Below are positions 1 to 9,919 of a DNA stretch of 27,563 nt, in pieces (within the stretch, counting starts at the first letter, position 1; every line of letters begins with the position of its first letter). The DNA is from a virus (Duplodnaviria > Caudoviricetes), in the IMG/VR virus record IMGVR_UViG_3300025083_000173, positions 1 to 27,563 of that record; one strand, given 5' to 3'. A program made the position numbers and the translations under genes. The notes below the pieces were generated by a model. That model was not told the DNA's origin and did no database searches. It worked only from the letters and a program-made list of their open reading frames with translations.

Positions 1-294
1 GCTAGTGGAGTGATGGCGGCCGCAGCTGTTACAGCCGGAGCGAGTGGTCGAGCTTTGGGCGCTTCAGGTGGTGGGGGTGGGGGTGGTGCCCCATCTATAT
101 CACCCACGGGATTATCTCAAATTGCTCCTGAGCCTGAGCGAGAAAGAGCAGAGACAGCACAAACAATATTCAATATTAACTTTGGTGGTGCTGTTGTGTA
201 CGATACCAAGCAAGCCGCTGAGCGTGCTTTTGCAGATCGCTTAACTCAACTACAAAACACTAGACGACGTGGCGCGCCCCGGAGGTCTTTCTAA
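1..294 (+). CDS. C-terminal fragment of probable tape measure protein (5'-truncated by window)
   Basis: Frame is open from base 1. Ala/Gly-rich, ending in a 'TIFNINFGG' motif typical of tape-measure C-termini. Its stop overlaps the next ATG (TAATG), and it lies directly upstream of tail-tip genes. Confidence 0.5.
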   Translation, partial: ASGVMAAAAVTAGASGRALGASGGGGGGGAPSISPTGLSQIAPEPERERAETAQTIFNINFGGAVVYDTKQAAERAFADRLTQLQNTRRRGAPRRSF

Positions 295-1502
295 TGCCGT
301 TTGAAAATACAGCTCCTCTGTTTGGTTTACTTAGTGCTTTTGATGCACGTCCTTTTAGTGGTGTAGAGCTCTTCAGTCGCTCAGGTGGCTCTGCTGTCTC
401 TATGCAGACTTTCAACCAAGGAGAAGGAGTTTATGAGGATCTGCTATTTTTTCTTAATGGTCGCGTTTGTCATCAAAGCGTAGTGGCTACTGGACAGATC
501 AACACCACTGCTAACTTTGGTAATGATTGGACTGTGACACTAAACTCAGATGATAAAGTGGTGGTTAGCTCTGATGTGGATTTTACTCTTGATTACATCG
601 GGAGTGTTGATGCTCTCGGTTTTGGTAGCAGTCAGCTCAACGCTACTTTAAGCGGCTCTGATTATGTTGTCACAGCTCCCAACAATTGGACGCGAGGTTC
701 TGTTAATCTAGATGACGTTTTGTATCGCGTACGTGAGGTGGGTGGAGCTGGTGATTTCAATTTCCCTGCTATTGATATTTACATGCAAGACATCACAGTA
801 TTTCTGAGGAATAGGCAAGCCATCAATGATGCTGATAACGTTGGTGAGAATGATCTTACAAAGCTCGATGCAACAGCACAGAACAATATTAGCATTACGT
901 GGTTTCTTGATGATAATGGCCATGTTAACTGCTCATATCTTTCTAGTATTGGAGATATATCTTGGTCATCATCTGCATTTAGGGACTTGCTTGGCTTTAC
1001 AGGTGGTGAAACTCCGGTTGTTTACTCAACTGTCTATAGCCTAATCACCGCGACTCATAAGCCAGTCGGGGTATTGATCCCATCAAGGCCGTACCAATCC
1101 CATCATCTGCGAGTACAGAATGAGTCACAGTCTCGCAGACTAATTGGTGGAGGATATACGAGTAATTTTATAGGCTCATATATAACCTCTATACTATCGT
1201 TCGATTTAGACGCGCTCTTAGACCAAGTAGACGACTACCGACACTTTACAAATAGATGGATGCCATACTGCTCAGCAGGTGAGAGGGTCAATATTTATCT
1301 TGGTTGGGGTGACAGCCGCCGCGCGCTCTTGACTGCTCAGGTGACAGCAGATCAACCTGCTTATGATCTTTTATTTACTTCTGAGGATAACGGAGAATAT
1401 GGAAGGGTGAGAGGTTCACTGACTATCAACACCCTAGATCTAAGTTACCCCACTAGACTCAAGAGACGAGTACCAGTAACGATTGAAGTGGAGCATTTAT
1501 GA
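294..1502 (+). CDS. Putative virion tail protein (distal-tail position)
   Basis: 402 aa, acidic and beta-rich, translationally coupled to both neighbours. Function inferred from synteny only. Confidence 0.5.
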   Translation: MPFENTAPLFGLLSAFDARPFSGVELFSRSGGSAVSMQTFNQGEGVYEDLLFFLNGRVCHQSVVATGQINTTANFGNDWTVTLNSDDKVVVSSDVDFTLDYIGSVDALGFGSSQLNATLSGSDYVVTAPNNWTRGSVNLDDVLYRVREVGGAGDFNFPAIDIYMQDITVFLRNRQAINDADNVGENDLTKLDATAQNNISITWFLDDNGHVNCSYLSSIGDISWSSSAFRDLLGFTGGETPVVYSTVYSLITATHKPVGVLIPSRPYQSHHLRVQNESQSRRLIGGGYTSNFIGSYITSILSFDLDALLDQVDDYRHFTNRWMPYCSAGERVNIYLGWGDSRRALLTAQVTADQPAYDLLFTSEDNGEYGRVRGSLTINTLDLSYPTRLKRRVPVTIEVEHL

Positions 1503-2557
1503 GCAACTCATTCACATCCCCTCCTGTTCTAGTCGATCCAGCTAGAGTGATCACGGGCTTGACTGTTAGAGCCGAAGAAGCCAAGCGCCTAGCAGACATG
1601 CAAAATCATTCCTTTGCAGATGGGGGTTGTGGTGATGTCGTTAATCAAGCGTGGGACTCGGAATGTTTCGAGTTTACGGATACTTCTCTAACAGATGTCT
1701 GTGAGTGGTATATTCCTCACCCTAGCGAAGAGCATATAGAGTTTAAGTTTAGAATAAGCGCCTACTCTTCCCTATCCGGTGGGGTCGCTAAGGTCACAGT
1801 CAACTTTCCTCTTGGTGGGAGCTACTCAGCGCAAACTACCATCACAGACTCATCACGCTATAACTCAGTATTTAATGTGATCACAGTAGCTATCTCAGCA
1901 GTTGAGAACGACGAGATAGCTCAGCTTACTCTAAGCCTCCAAGCCCCCAGTGGGGGAACCATTGAGGTGGCAAACATTCAGGGTAACTGGAGTTCATTGA
2001 GTTCACCTCTCGCGACTCGAACACTTGACCAATTCACAGAAGACTTTATCCCTCAAGGTCAAAGCAGAGTGGGAGCTGATCAAGCTCTACCCTCTAGGTT
2101 TGGAGTCGATACGCTTAATAATATAGGGATGCTCAGGAAACGCGGTAGAACCGTTTTTAATTGGTCAGGGGTGAGCGGTGCAAGTAGCGCAGCTCCTCAA
2201 GGACTTGGGACACTCGACCCATTATTAAAAAACTCGGTTATGTTTCTCGCTGGTGGTGCTGATAACCTTAGTTTGAAAAATAAGATATTTGTTAAGGCTG
2301 CCAATATATCAACCACATTAGACGTTGATATATTTGGATATAGACTTACCCTTAACTCCAATGGTTGGTCGTCTTTTTATGTAGATCAGCGCCCCGGTTA
2401 TGCTCATCATGTGGACTTCTCACCGATCTTTAAACGAGATGTCTACAAGTTGGGGCTAGGGTTGTCCCCAAATAATGATGAAGTGTTATTAGGCCCAAAC
2501 AATCTAATCACCTCCTCGCCTCCTTATATTCTCGGTCTCTCAATATTGGCGGTGTAA
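1499..2557 (+). CDS. Putative virion structural protein
   Basis: 352 aa, S/T/G-rich, ATGA overlap, within the tail operon. Confidence 0.5.
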   Translation: MSNSFTSPPVLVDPARVITGLTVRAEEAKRLADMQNHSFADGGCGDVVNQAWDSECFEFTDTSLTDVCEWYIPHPSEEHIEFKFRISAYSSLSGGVAKVTVNFPLGGSYSAQTTITDSSRYNSVFNVITVAISAVENDEIAQLTLSLQAPSGGTIEVANIQGNWSSLSSPLATRTLDQFTEDFIPQGQSRVGADQALPSRFGVDTLNNIGMLRKRGRTVFNWSGVSGASSAAPQGLGTLDPLLKNSVMFLAGGADNLSLKNKIFVKAANISTTLDVDIFGYRLTLNSNGWSSFYVDQRPGYAHHVDFSPIFKRDVYKLGLGLSPNNDEVLLGPNNLITSSPPYILGLSILAV

Positions 2558-2559
2558 AT

Positions 2560-3174
2560 ATGTTAGTACCATCATCATTTCAACGTCTACCAAATGCAGT
2601 GGGGTGTCATAATGGGCGACCTCTTTTTGGTGGTGCTGTATCTCAAATGGCTAGCGCTCTTGCTCAACTTCAGCGCTCTAAGTTTCTCGGTGAGGCTCAT
2701 TATCAAGTAGAGAGAGAGGTGCTTTCAGGTCGCGGGGGTCGAACTCGCGTCGTAGCTCCTGGTGAAATCAAAAGTTCGCAGGTCTATAACTTTCTCTATC
2801 AGAGCAAAGCTCAGACTTCTCACCTCTGTCTGCTTATTCAATATACCGCTGTGAACTTTGAGTTTGCCTCTTCAGTCTCGCTTAGTATCGAGCTAAGAGA
2901 TACAGCAGGTAATTCTTACACTGGAACAGTATTAGACGCAGGGACGCGCTTTACTGAGACAGAGTTAAGAGGTGATGCCAATGATATTATGGAAGCGTTT
3001 ACAGGGTGCGATGAAGTCCCTGCTCCCTCTAACATAGTACCTGACCCACCAAGGCCGCTCTTTGTTCCTGTCGCTAATAGAGGAGAGGTTCTAAATATTG
3101 TGGTAACAGGTCAGCAACTAATACCACTCACTGTACATATCTATGATGTATTTATGCCGGAGGTGACAGCATGA
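2560..3174 (+). CDS. Putative virion structural protein
   Basis: 204 aa, tightly packed in the tail operon. Confidence 0.45.
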   Translation: MLVPSSFQRLPNAVGCHNGRPLFGGAVSQMASALAQLQRSKFLGEAHYQVEREVLSGRGGRTRVVAPGEIKSSQVYNFLYQSKAQTSHLCLLIQYTAVNFEFASSVSLSIELRDTAGNSYTGTVLDAGTRFTETELRGDANDIMEAFTGCDEVPAPSNIVPDPPRPLFVPVANRGEVLNIVVTGQQLIPLTVHIYDVFMPEVTA

Positions 3175-6100
3175 TAGATAGTCAACATGGCCGCAGAGTC
3201 TTTGCCTTACAGGTCGCGGGTTTAGAATACCGCTATCACAGCCACCCCCCACCGAGCTCCTCAAACCTTCATAGCACAGTAGCCACCGGTATCAGTTACA
3301 CTGATCTCGAAGCTATCACATCAGTAGGCAGCTTCTCAGCATCGATTGATCCTAGTGGAGGTATTGCTCAGTATGGGGCGGTGAGTGTATCGCTTGGTAT
3401 CGACTCTAGACGAGGTGGTTTAGATGATCCAGGCATAGTATTTGGGAGGTGTGGCGCTAGATCGGCCTCAACTAGAGGTAGACTCTCCTCGAGCGCAAGC
3501 CGTACCGACACCACCTTTAATTTGAGCACAGACCTCACTAGCTTAAGTTATCCTCGACTTTTACATATCGGAGCGGAGACAGTTAGAGCGGCGAGCGCAA
3601 CCACAACAACAGTAACTGTTTCACGTGGAACAGGTGGCACACCTCAGCAGACCCACAGCACAAGCTTAGAGGGGTCACAAATCCCTGAGCTCACCACTGA
3701 GATTACGACCTTCAGGGGCCGCCGCGCCAAGTTGTATATGGCCCATCAATATCCAAGCGGTGAGACCTCAGACTATACCGAGATAATTAATGGGTTTATT
3801 GAGTCCTCACCTATCATTGAAGACGGTCGAGAGATTACTCTTTCGCTTATACCTCTCACTGCATTGATAGATACTAGCCTCACCGATAAAGGAGTGGCTC
3901 AGACTCGACTCTTACAAGATCATCATTATTATGATGGGGTTAATGGGAGTGTTCTAGAGTATGGCCTTGGCTTAGAGCGAATCGTTGATGAGGATCTCTT
4001 TGTAACTCCTGACACATCAGGCACTATCACAGCCAACGCATTCGATGGGGTTGTTAGTTCTCGACAGAATAGCGCTAATCTCTTTGATGATTTTGATGTC
4101 AGCTTACCCAAAGGGCCGGATGGAGACGATTATCCAAGGGAGCACCCAAGATACCCTAAGCTGCGTAAAGCTGAAGAATTTGTGTTTGTTAGCGGTGGTG
4201 TCTTCCCCACATCTATTACTTATGACTCAAACGTGCCTGGATTCAGCTTTGTATCAGATGGGAGTTTAACCAATGCGCTTAACGCTTCAGAGATCAGCGC
4301 TACATCAGGCTTGTTTGTTCGTCTTCCCCTTGGTGAGCTTAAGCAACATCAACTAGGTACTGCTGAAGTTAAGCGCTGGCCTGATGTCGTTAATGATGTA
4401 TTAATTAATGATGGCCCAAATAGTACGGCAGGGCTCAATGGTGGGTTTGGTAGATGGAGGCTAAACCCTGACAACACTATACGTTTCGAAAAGCTAAGCA
4501 GTTCACCATTTCGAGCGCTCCTTTGGTTGTGGCAACATCCATCAAGCTGGCGAACTCTCTCTGAGTTCTACGCGGCAAATTTTGGAATGAGGCAAGCTTT
4601 TAGATGGGGGGTTAATGGGGTTCGCGGTGCTATGCCTTCGATGGGGCGTTTGTTCTATCCGCTCCCTTTGGCTAGGGAAGGTCAGCCGATACTTCAAAGC
4701 TTGCTCGAAGACCCACCAACTTTAGTGAGGCTAGGCACTACACCCACCGGAACTACTAGCCTATTTCAAATGCAGGATACTCCAAGAGCATATTATCAGC
4801 ATTTCGAGAGCGTGATACTAGTTGAAAACTCTTTAGGACTCCCAACGAGCGCTGGCACTGATGAATATTACATCACAGTCCAATATCAAGACCTTGCTCT
4901 TAATGAGACTAGACACCAAGTGTTCAAGGTCACTCACGAGACTACCGCGACTTTTGGCGGCTCTGATATAGGTGTACTCATCCACATCTCAGATGAGAAT
5001 GATAATTTTCAGAATACGTCTTTTGGAGACTGGACAGACAGAGAGAGAGCGCTGATTTATAAGGGTGGTCAACTCAACGGTGAGCTTTGTGGTACCGCAC
5101 TACTAAAGCTCCTCCAAAGTGGGGGTGGTGACCAAGTTAATGGTAGTTTTGATCTCTTAGGCATAGGTTTAAACGTCTCTGAGGATGACATAGACGTAAA
5201 CAGTTTTCTTCAGTTAGATGTAATCTCACCTATCACCCTGGGGGCTAACTTTTTAGGAGATGGGGCAGATCTACGCTCTACGTTTGAGAGCCTGTTAAGA
5301 TTAGCAGGTACCACTCTCGTTATGACTCGCAACTCTTCAACGGGGCGCGCAAGGCTCTCACTTCAACCTATCGGTAATGAGAGGCCGGAAGTTTCTGAGC
5401 TTACAATATCAGCAGGTAATTGGATAGCAGACCCACCCCCCCATTGGGGCATTTATGAAGACATAGTAACTCAAATCAAATATCAGTTTGGTTATGATCC
5501 AGTAGAAGAAAAATACACTGAAGAGGTGATATTCAATAACCAAGAAGCAATCAATCGTTATGGTGGTGAGCGTTCAGCTATCACGCTCTCATTGGCTGGT
5601 GTCACCTCTGAGCAATTTGGACGAGGAGCTGGTGACAGTTTCGCCTTTTTCACTCCTAACTCAGCGCGTATTTTCAACCTGTTATCAAATCCTCTTCGGG
5701 TGTGGCGCGGTGCAATAGGCACCGGACAGAGCGCTTATATAGATGTAGGCTCTTATTTAAAAGTGAGCTCACCCCACCTCAAGGGCTATGATGATAGCTA
5801 TGGTGTGGTGGACGGGGTTGGTCAAGTTCGCTCGATACGTCAGGAGCTGATGGGTGAGGGTTGTGAGATCGAACTGATCACCACCGGATTAAGTCCAGTT
5901 AATTGGAATAGTGCAGCGCAAGTATTAGCCTACACCTCCACGAATGTTACTCTTGCAGAGTCTACCTACTCAGGAGTAAGCGTGACTGATGCCTCGTTTT
6001 TTGCGGTGGGTGACGTGGTTGATTATGTTCCTCAAGCTAACCATGACTCAGCTATCACAGGACTGACCATTCAGACAATCGTGGGCAATGTGCTCACCTT

Positions 6101-6248
6101 CACAGCGGCTCATGGCATCAGCTCAGCGCTTGGTACTATCGAGCCCACAACCTATGCTAGCGCATCAGCTGACCACCGGCTTGATGCTTATCTAGCCAAT
6201 GATTCAGACATTATTAATTCCAATGTCGATGCTCAGGAGTTTAGTTGA
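3171..6248 (+). CDS. Large tail-tip / baseplate hub-like protein
   Basis: 1025 aa, GGAGG RBS and ATGA overlap. 'FRGRRAKLY...GFIES' and 'QEAINRYG' segments resemble siphophage tail-tip proteins. Confidence 0.55.
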   Translation: MIDSQHGRRVFALQVAGLEYRYHSHPPPSSSNLHSTVATGISYTDLEAITSVGSFSASIDPSGGIAQYGAVSVSLGIDSRRGGLDDPGIVFGRCGARSASTRGRLSSSASRTDTTFNLSTDLTSLSYPRLLHIGAETVRAASATTTTVTVSRGTGGTPQQTHSTSLEGSQIPELTTEITTFRGRRAKLYMAHQYPSGETSDYTEIINGFIESSPIIEDGREITLSLIPLTALIDTSLTDKGVAQTRLLQDHHYYDGVNGSVLEYGLGLERIVDEDLFVTPDTSGTITANAFDGVVSSRQNSANLFDDFDVSLPKGPDGDDYPREHPRYPKLRKAEEFVFVSGGVFPTSITYDSNVPGFSFVSDGSLTNALNASEISATSGLFVRLPLGELKQHQLGTAEVKRWPDVVNDVLINDGPNSTAGLNGGFGRWRLNPDNTIRFEKLSSSPFRALLWLWQHPSSWRTLSEFYAANFGMRQAFRWGVNGVRGAMPSMGRLFYPLPLAREGQPILQSLLEDPPTLVRLGTTPTGTTSLFQMQDTPRAYYQHFESVILVENSLGLPTSAGTDEYYITVQYQDLALNETRHQVFKVTHETTATFGGSDIGVLIHISDENDNFQNTSFGDWTDRERALIYKGGQLNGELCGTALLKLLQSGGGDQVNGSFDLLGIGLNVSEDDIDVNSFLQLDVISPITLGANFLGDGADLRSTFESLLRLAGTTLVMTRNSSTGRARLSLQPIGNERPEVSELTISAGNWIADPPPHWGIYEDIVTQIKYQFGYDPVEEKYTEEVIFNNQEAINRYGGERSAITLSLAGVTSEQFGRGAGDSFAFFTPNSARIFNLLSNPLRVWRGAIGTGQSAYIDVGSYLKVSSPHLKGYDDSYGVVDGVGQVRSIRQELMGEGCEIELITTGLSPVNWNSAAQVLAYTSTNVTLAESTYSGVSVTDASFFAVGDVVDYVPQANHDSAITGLTIQTIVGNVLTFTAAHGISSALGTIEPTTYASASADHRLDAYLANDSDIINSNVDAQEFS

Positions 6249-6913
6249 TGCCTACGAAAGCAGAACTTGAAACACGTGTTGAAGAGCTGGAGCACTCAGT
6301 AAGAAGATTAGACCGAGCGCTTAATCAAGCTCAAATTGATTTAGACTCAGAGTATGAGCAGAAACGGCTCGTATTTCATCCCCTCCCCCATAGCTCAGAC
6401 AGAGTACATGAAGCCTTACAACGTGGTCAAATTGAATGGGAGCTAGTTGTTAAAGACCCATCTAAGCGTATTAATACTTATATTCGTACATCAGAAGGCA
6501 TCAGTTGGGGATGGGAAAAGGAATATACAAAGAATGGACAGTTCGCTTGGTGTGGAGCTTTTGCGGCTTATTGCTGGGGATTGAGCGTCAAGAAGACCAT
6601 CCGACAAAAGATCTTCCCAAGCTGTTATCGACTCTTCAAAAATTGGGGTTCAACCTCTCGAAGTATCGACCATAAAAAAATGATGCCCGGTGATATTGTG
6701 GTTGTCTATAGCGCCAAACGCGCTAAGCAGGGTGATCACATCACTATATGTGTTGAGCCTCCTGATTCATGTGGAGACTACAAAACTGTTGAGGGTAATG
6801 CTTACGGTACTTTGGGTGATGCTTCTTATGGAGAGGGAGTCATTAAACGAGAGCGAAATCTGAATGATGTGGCTCATGTCTATAGATTGATTGCAGATGA
6901 CTTCGACCAATAA
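6245..6913 (+). CDS. CHAP/NlpC-P60-like peptidoglycan hydrolase (endolysin or virion lysin)
   Basis: Motifs AWCGAFAAYCW (catalytic Cys), PGDIVV, GDHITI (His) and TVEGN. N-terminal coiled coil. Likely start is ATG 6248. Confidence 0.8.
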   Translation: MMPTKAELETRVEELEHSVRRLDRALNQAQIDLDSEYEQKRLVFHPLPHSSDRVHEALQRGQIEWELVVKDPSKRINTYIRTSEGISWGWEKEYTKNGQFAWCGAFAAYCWGLSVKKTIRQKIFPSCYRLFKNWGSTSRSIDHKKMMPGDIVVVYSAKRAKQGDHITICVEPPDSCGDYKTVEGNAYGTLGDASYGEGVIKRERNLNDVAHVYRLIADDFDQ

Positions 6914-7142
6914 GCCCACAGATGAAACGCTAACATCAAAAGTTGGCGGCCGGAAAGCTATGGGCTTCTATGCTTCGCTAGGAGTTTGTTTTATACTAGC
7001 TCTTAGAGGTCAAGCAAAGACTGAAGTCTTAGCACTGATTAATACTCTTTATGTGACCTTTGCAGGGGCTAACGTCCTAGCTAAAAAAAAGGAACCACAA
7101 ACAACTCAACCACCACCCCAAAACTCAATGGAGAAGCCATGA
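6891..7142 (+). CDS. Putative holin
   Basis: About 81-83 aa with 'GGRK', two hydrophobic segments, 'GANV' and a basic tail. Overlaps the lysin gene. Likely start is ATG 6897. Confidence 0.55.
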   Translation: MQMTSTNKPTDETLTSKVGGRKAMGFYASLGVCFILALRGQAKTEVLALINTLYVTFAGANVLAKKKEPQTTQPPPQNSMEKP

Positions 7143-7522
7143 GACTCGGTGTTCAATATCCCATTCATGCGGGAGGTTTTGCCTCAGCGTATGACGCTAG
7201 TAACGTTAATGATACAGACTGGCATAACCTCACATCAGATAACTTTTTCGACACTCGAACAGGTACCCAACTACCAAGTGGTCTAAAGTTCGCTTATATC
7301 CAAGTGGTCAGTGGAAGCACTGATACAAAGAGCTATCTGAAATTACGCCCTGCTTCTAGTGGCTCAGATGGAGTTGCTAACTCTGATGGAGTTATCCCCA
7401 TCTTTTTAGCGTACAGCGTAGACAGCCAAGCTCTTAACTCAGGTGATGGAGTAACCTCTGTGGCATATAAAAAGGCCGCTGGTGGTGACAATTTCGTTAT
7501 ATATGCAGGGTTCAACAAATAA
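7139..7522 (+). CDS. Hypothetical virion-associated protein
   Basis: 127 aa, GGAG RBS, ATGA overlap, beta-rich, immediately upstream of the tail fibre. Confidence 0.45.
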   Translation: MRLGVQYPIHAGGFASAYDASNVNDTDWHNLTSDNFFDTRTGTQLPSGLKFAYIQVVSGSTDTKSYLKLRPASSGSDGVANSDGVIPIFLAYSVDSQALNSGDGVTSVAYKKAAGGDNFVIYAGFNK

Positions 7523-7534
7523 GGGAAATAACAA

Positions 7535-9919
7535 ATGAGTATGAATGCACAAGGTTTTGGTGGAGGAGGTGGCTCAGTGGCAGACGCAACAGAGACGACA
7601 GCAGGAAAGATTCGCATAGCTACGAGCGCGGAAGCTGCGACAGGAACTAGTGATATAATCGCTATGACTCCTCTTACAGTTAAAGAGGTAGTGGATGCCT
7701 CTAAGGTGGGTGTCTTCGAATATCAGACGACATTCAACGCGACAGCAGGGACTCCATCTATTGCTAATGCTGAGCAGGGAGACGTTTATATTATCGGCAC
7801 AGCTGGCACTATCTACGGTAAGGATTGGAATGTTGGAGACCACCTAATTATCAATGCTGATATGGGTGGCACAGTCACTAATTCAAAGATAGATAAGGTT
7901 GATAACACTGATAACGACGCAAGCGAGACGGTTAAAGGTGTTATCGAGATTGCGACGAATGCCGAAGCCGGAGCAGGAACAGCCACCGACAAGGCTCTTG
8001 TACCGAGTAACGTTAGCTCTTTAGCTATTACTTCAGGTCAGGTTGCAGGGCTTGCGACAGTAGCGACTTCAGGAGCGTATTCTGATCTTAGCGGAACCCC
8101 AACACTTGCGACAGTAGCGACTTCAGGAGCTTACTCAGACCTTAGCGGAACTCCAACACTAGGGACAGCATCTGCTCTTGATGAGGGAGAGGACGCAAAT
8201 AATTTAGTTCAACTTGATGGCTCTGCTCGTCTGCCAGCTGTGGATGGTTCGCAATTAACGAACCTACCAAGCGCAAGTGATGCAAGCGAGACAGTTAAGG
8301 GTGTTATAGAGATTGCGACGAATACCGAGGCCGGAGCAGGAACAGCCACCGACAAGGCTCTTGTACCGAGTAACGTTAGCTCTTTAGCTATTGCTTCAGG
8401 TCAGGTTTCAGGGCTTGCAACTGTAGCGACTTCAGGAGCGTATTCTGATCTTAGCGGAGCTCCAACGCTTGGGACTGCCTCGGCAGCTAATACAGGCGAT
8501 TTCTTAGCCTCAACAGCAGGTCTTAATAATCTCTCTGACGTTGCCATAAGTTCGATCAGCAATGGTCAGGTGATCTCATATAACTCCACATCAGGAGATT
8601 GGGAAAACTCGACCCCTGCTAGTGGTGGCGCTACTGATCTTGATGGTTTAAGCGATGTGACTATCACTACACCTGCTAGCGGTAACTTGTTACAACATAA
8701 TGGCTCAGGTCAGTTTGTAAATGTTGCCAAGAGTACTATTGATGTAGGCTCATTCAATGATGATGGAACCTATCAACCACTAGATGCAGGTCTCACCTCT
8801 ATTAGTGGTCTGACCACCTCAGCCAACAAGATGGTTTACACCACGGCTAGCGATACTTACGCGGTGGCTGATCTTACTTCAGCGGGACGGGCTTTGCTCG
8901 ATGATGCCACAGCCTCAGCGCAACGTACTACGCTTGGGTTAGGCTCAGCGGCTCTACTTGATGAGGGAGAGGACGCAAATAATTTAGTTCAGCTTGATGG
9001 CTCTGCTCGTCTGCCAGCTGTGGATGGGTCACAGCTCACTAATCTACCAAGCGCAAGTGATGCAAGCGAGACAGTTAAAGGTATCATTGAGATTGCGACG
9101 AATGCCGAAGCCGGAGCAGGAACAGCCACCGACAAGGCTCTTGTACCGAGTAACGTTAGCTCTTTAGCTATTACTTCAGGTCAGGTCTCCGGGCTTGCAA
9201 CTGTGGCGACTTCAGGAGCGTACTCAGATCTAAGTGGAACTCCAACGCTTGCAACTGTGGCGACTTCAGGAGCGTATGCTGATCTTAGCGGGACTCCAAC
9301 GCTCTTGTCTGCTGTGGTCGATGATAGCACCCCACAGCTTGGAGGTGACCTTGACGTTAATGGTAATGATCTAATCACTACATCAAATGCAAACTTAGCT
9401 TTAGCCCCAAACGGTACCGGATACGTCGAGGTCAAGGGGAATACAAACCCAGGAGCGATTAGATTAAACTGTGAGAGCAACTCACATGGCATACAAATCC
9501 AAAGCCCTCCGCACTCAGCTACAGCTACATATAATCTGATCCTACCAACGGGTGTTGGTATTGACGGGCAAGTGCTGAAAACAGATGGCGGAGATGGCGG
9601 AGACCCTGATACAGTTCAACTGTCATGGGTAGATCAGGCTTCAGGCGGGGGTGGGTGGACATATAGTTCCATCACAGCAGACCCAGCCAACGCTCAAGCA
9701 GGGTATCACTATTCATGCACAGGAACCTTCACCATAACACTCCCAACTTCAGGAGTATCATCAGGTGAAGAAATTAGGATCAAAAATATGGGAACTGGTA
9801 CTATCACCATCGATCCACAGACCCAAAACATCGACGGTTCAACCAATGATTATGTGATGGATGTGCAATATTCATCCATCACGCTAGTTTCCACCGGAAC
9901 ACATTGGGAGGTAATCTAA
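7535..9919 (+). CDS. Tail fibre protein with internal repeats
   Basis: 794 aa, A/T/S/G-rich. Contains fibre-type motifs ASETVKGxIEIAT (x3), LATVATSGAYSDLSGTP, LDGLSDV, AGRALLDDATASAQRTTLGLG and DSTPQLGGDLDVNG. Confidence 0.8.
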   Translation: MSMNAQGFGGGGGSVADATETTAGKIRIATSAEAATGTSDIIAMTPLTVKEVVDASKVGVFEYQTTFNATAGTPSIANAEQGDVYIIGTAGTIYGKDWNVGDHLIINADMGGTVTNSKIDKVDNTDNDASETVKGVIEIATNAEAGAGTATDKALVPSNVSSLAITSGQVAGLATVATSGAYSDLSGTPTLATVATSGAYSDLSGTPTLGTASALDEGEDANNLVQLDGSARLPAVDGSQLTNLPSASDASETVKGVIEIATNTEAGAGTATDKALVPSNVSSLAIASGQVSGLATVATSGAYSDLSGAPTLGTASAANTGDFLASTAGLNNLSDVAISSISNGQVISYNSTSGDWENSTPASGGATDLDGLSDVTITTPASGNLLQHNGSGQFVNVAKSTIDVGSFNDDGTYQPLDAGLTSISGLTTSANKMVYTTASDTYAVADLTSAGRALLDDATASAQRTTLGLGSAALLDEGEDANNLVQLDGSARLPAVDGSQLTNLPSASDASETVKGIIEIATNAEAGAGTATDKALVPSNVSSLAITSGQVSGLATVATSGAYSDLSGTPTLATVATSGAYADLSGTPTLLSAVVDDSTPQLGGDLDVNGNDLITTSNANLALAPNGTGYVEVKGNTNPGAIRLNCESNSHGIQIQSPPHSATATYNLILPTGVGIDGQVLKTDGGDGGDPDTVQLSWVDQASGGGGWTYSSITADPANAQAGYHYSCTGTFTITLPTSGVSSGEEIRIKNMGTGTITIDPQTQNIDGSTNDYVMDVQYSSITLVSTGTHWEVI
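7918..9303 (+). repeat. Dispersed intragenic direct repeats in tail fibre (three ~190-300 bp copies plus 48-bp sub-repeats)
   Basis: About 8177-8470 recurs at about 8957-9250 (offset 780). About 7918-8110 recurs at about 8281-8470 (offset 363). Confidence 0.9.

Noticed and set aside
7082-7092. A-run slippery site (A AAA AAG) in the holin-like gene
   Set aside because: It encodes a KKK tail typical of such proteins, and I see no supporting downstream structure or need for a frameshift.
7918-9303. Tail fibre repeats as the template/variable repeats of a diversity-generating retroelement
   Set aside because: No reverse transcriptase in the window. All copies are in-frame coding sequence, and the differences are mostly synonymous and not confined to adenines.
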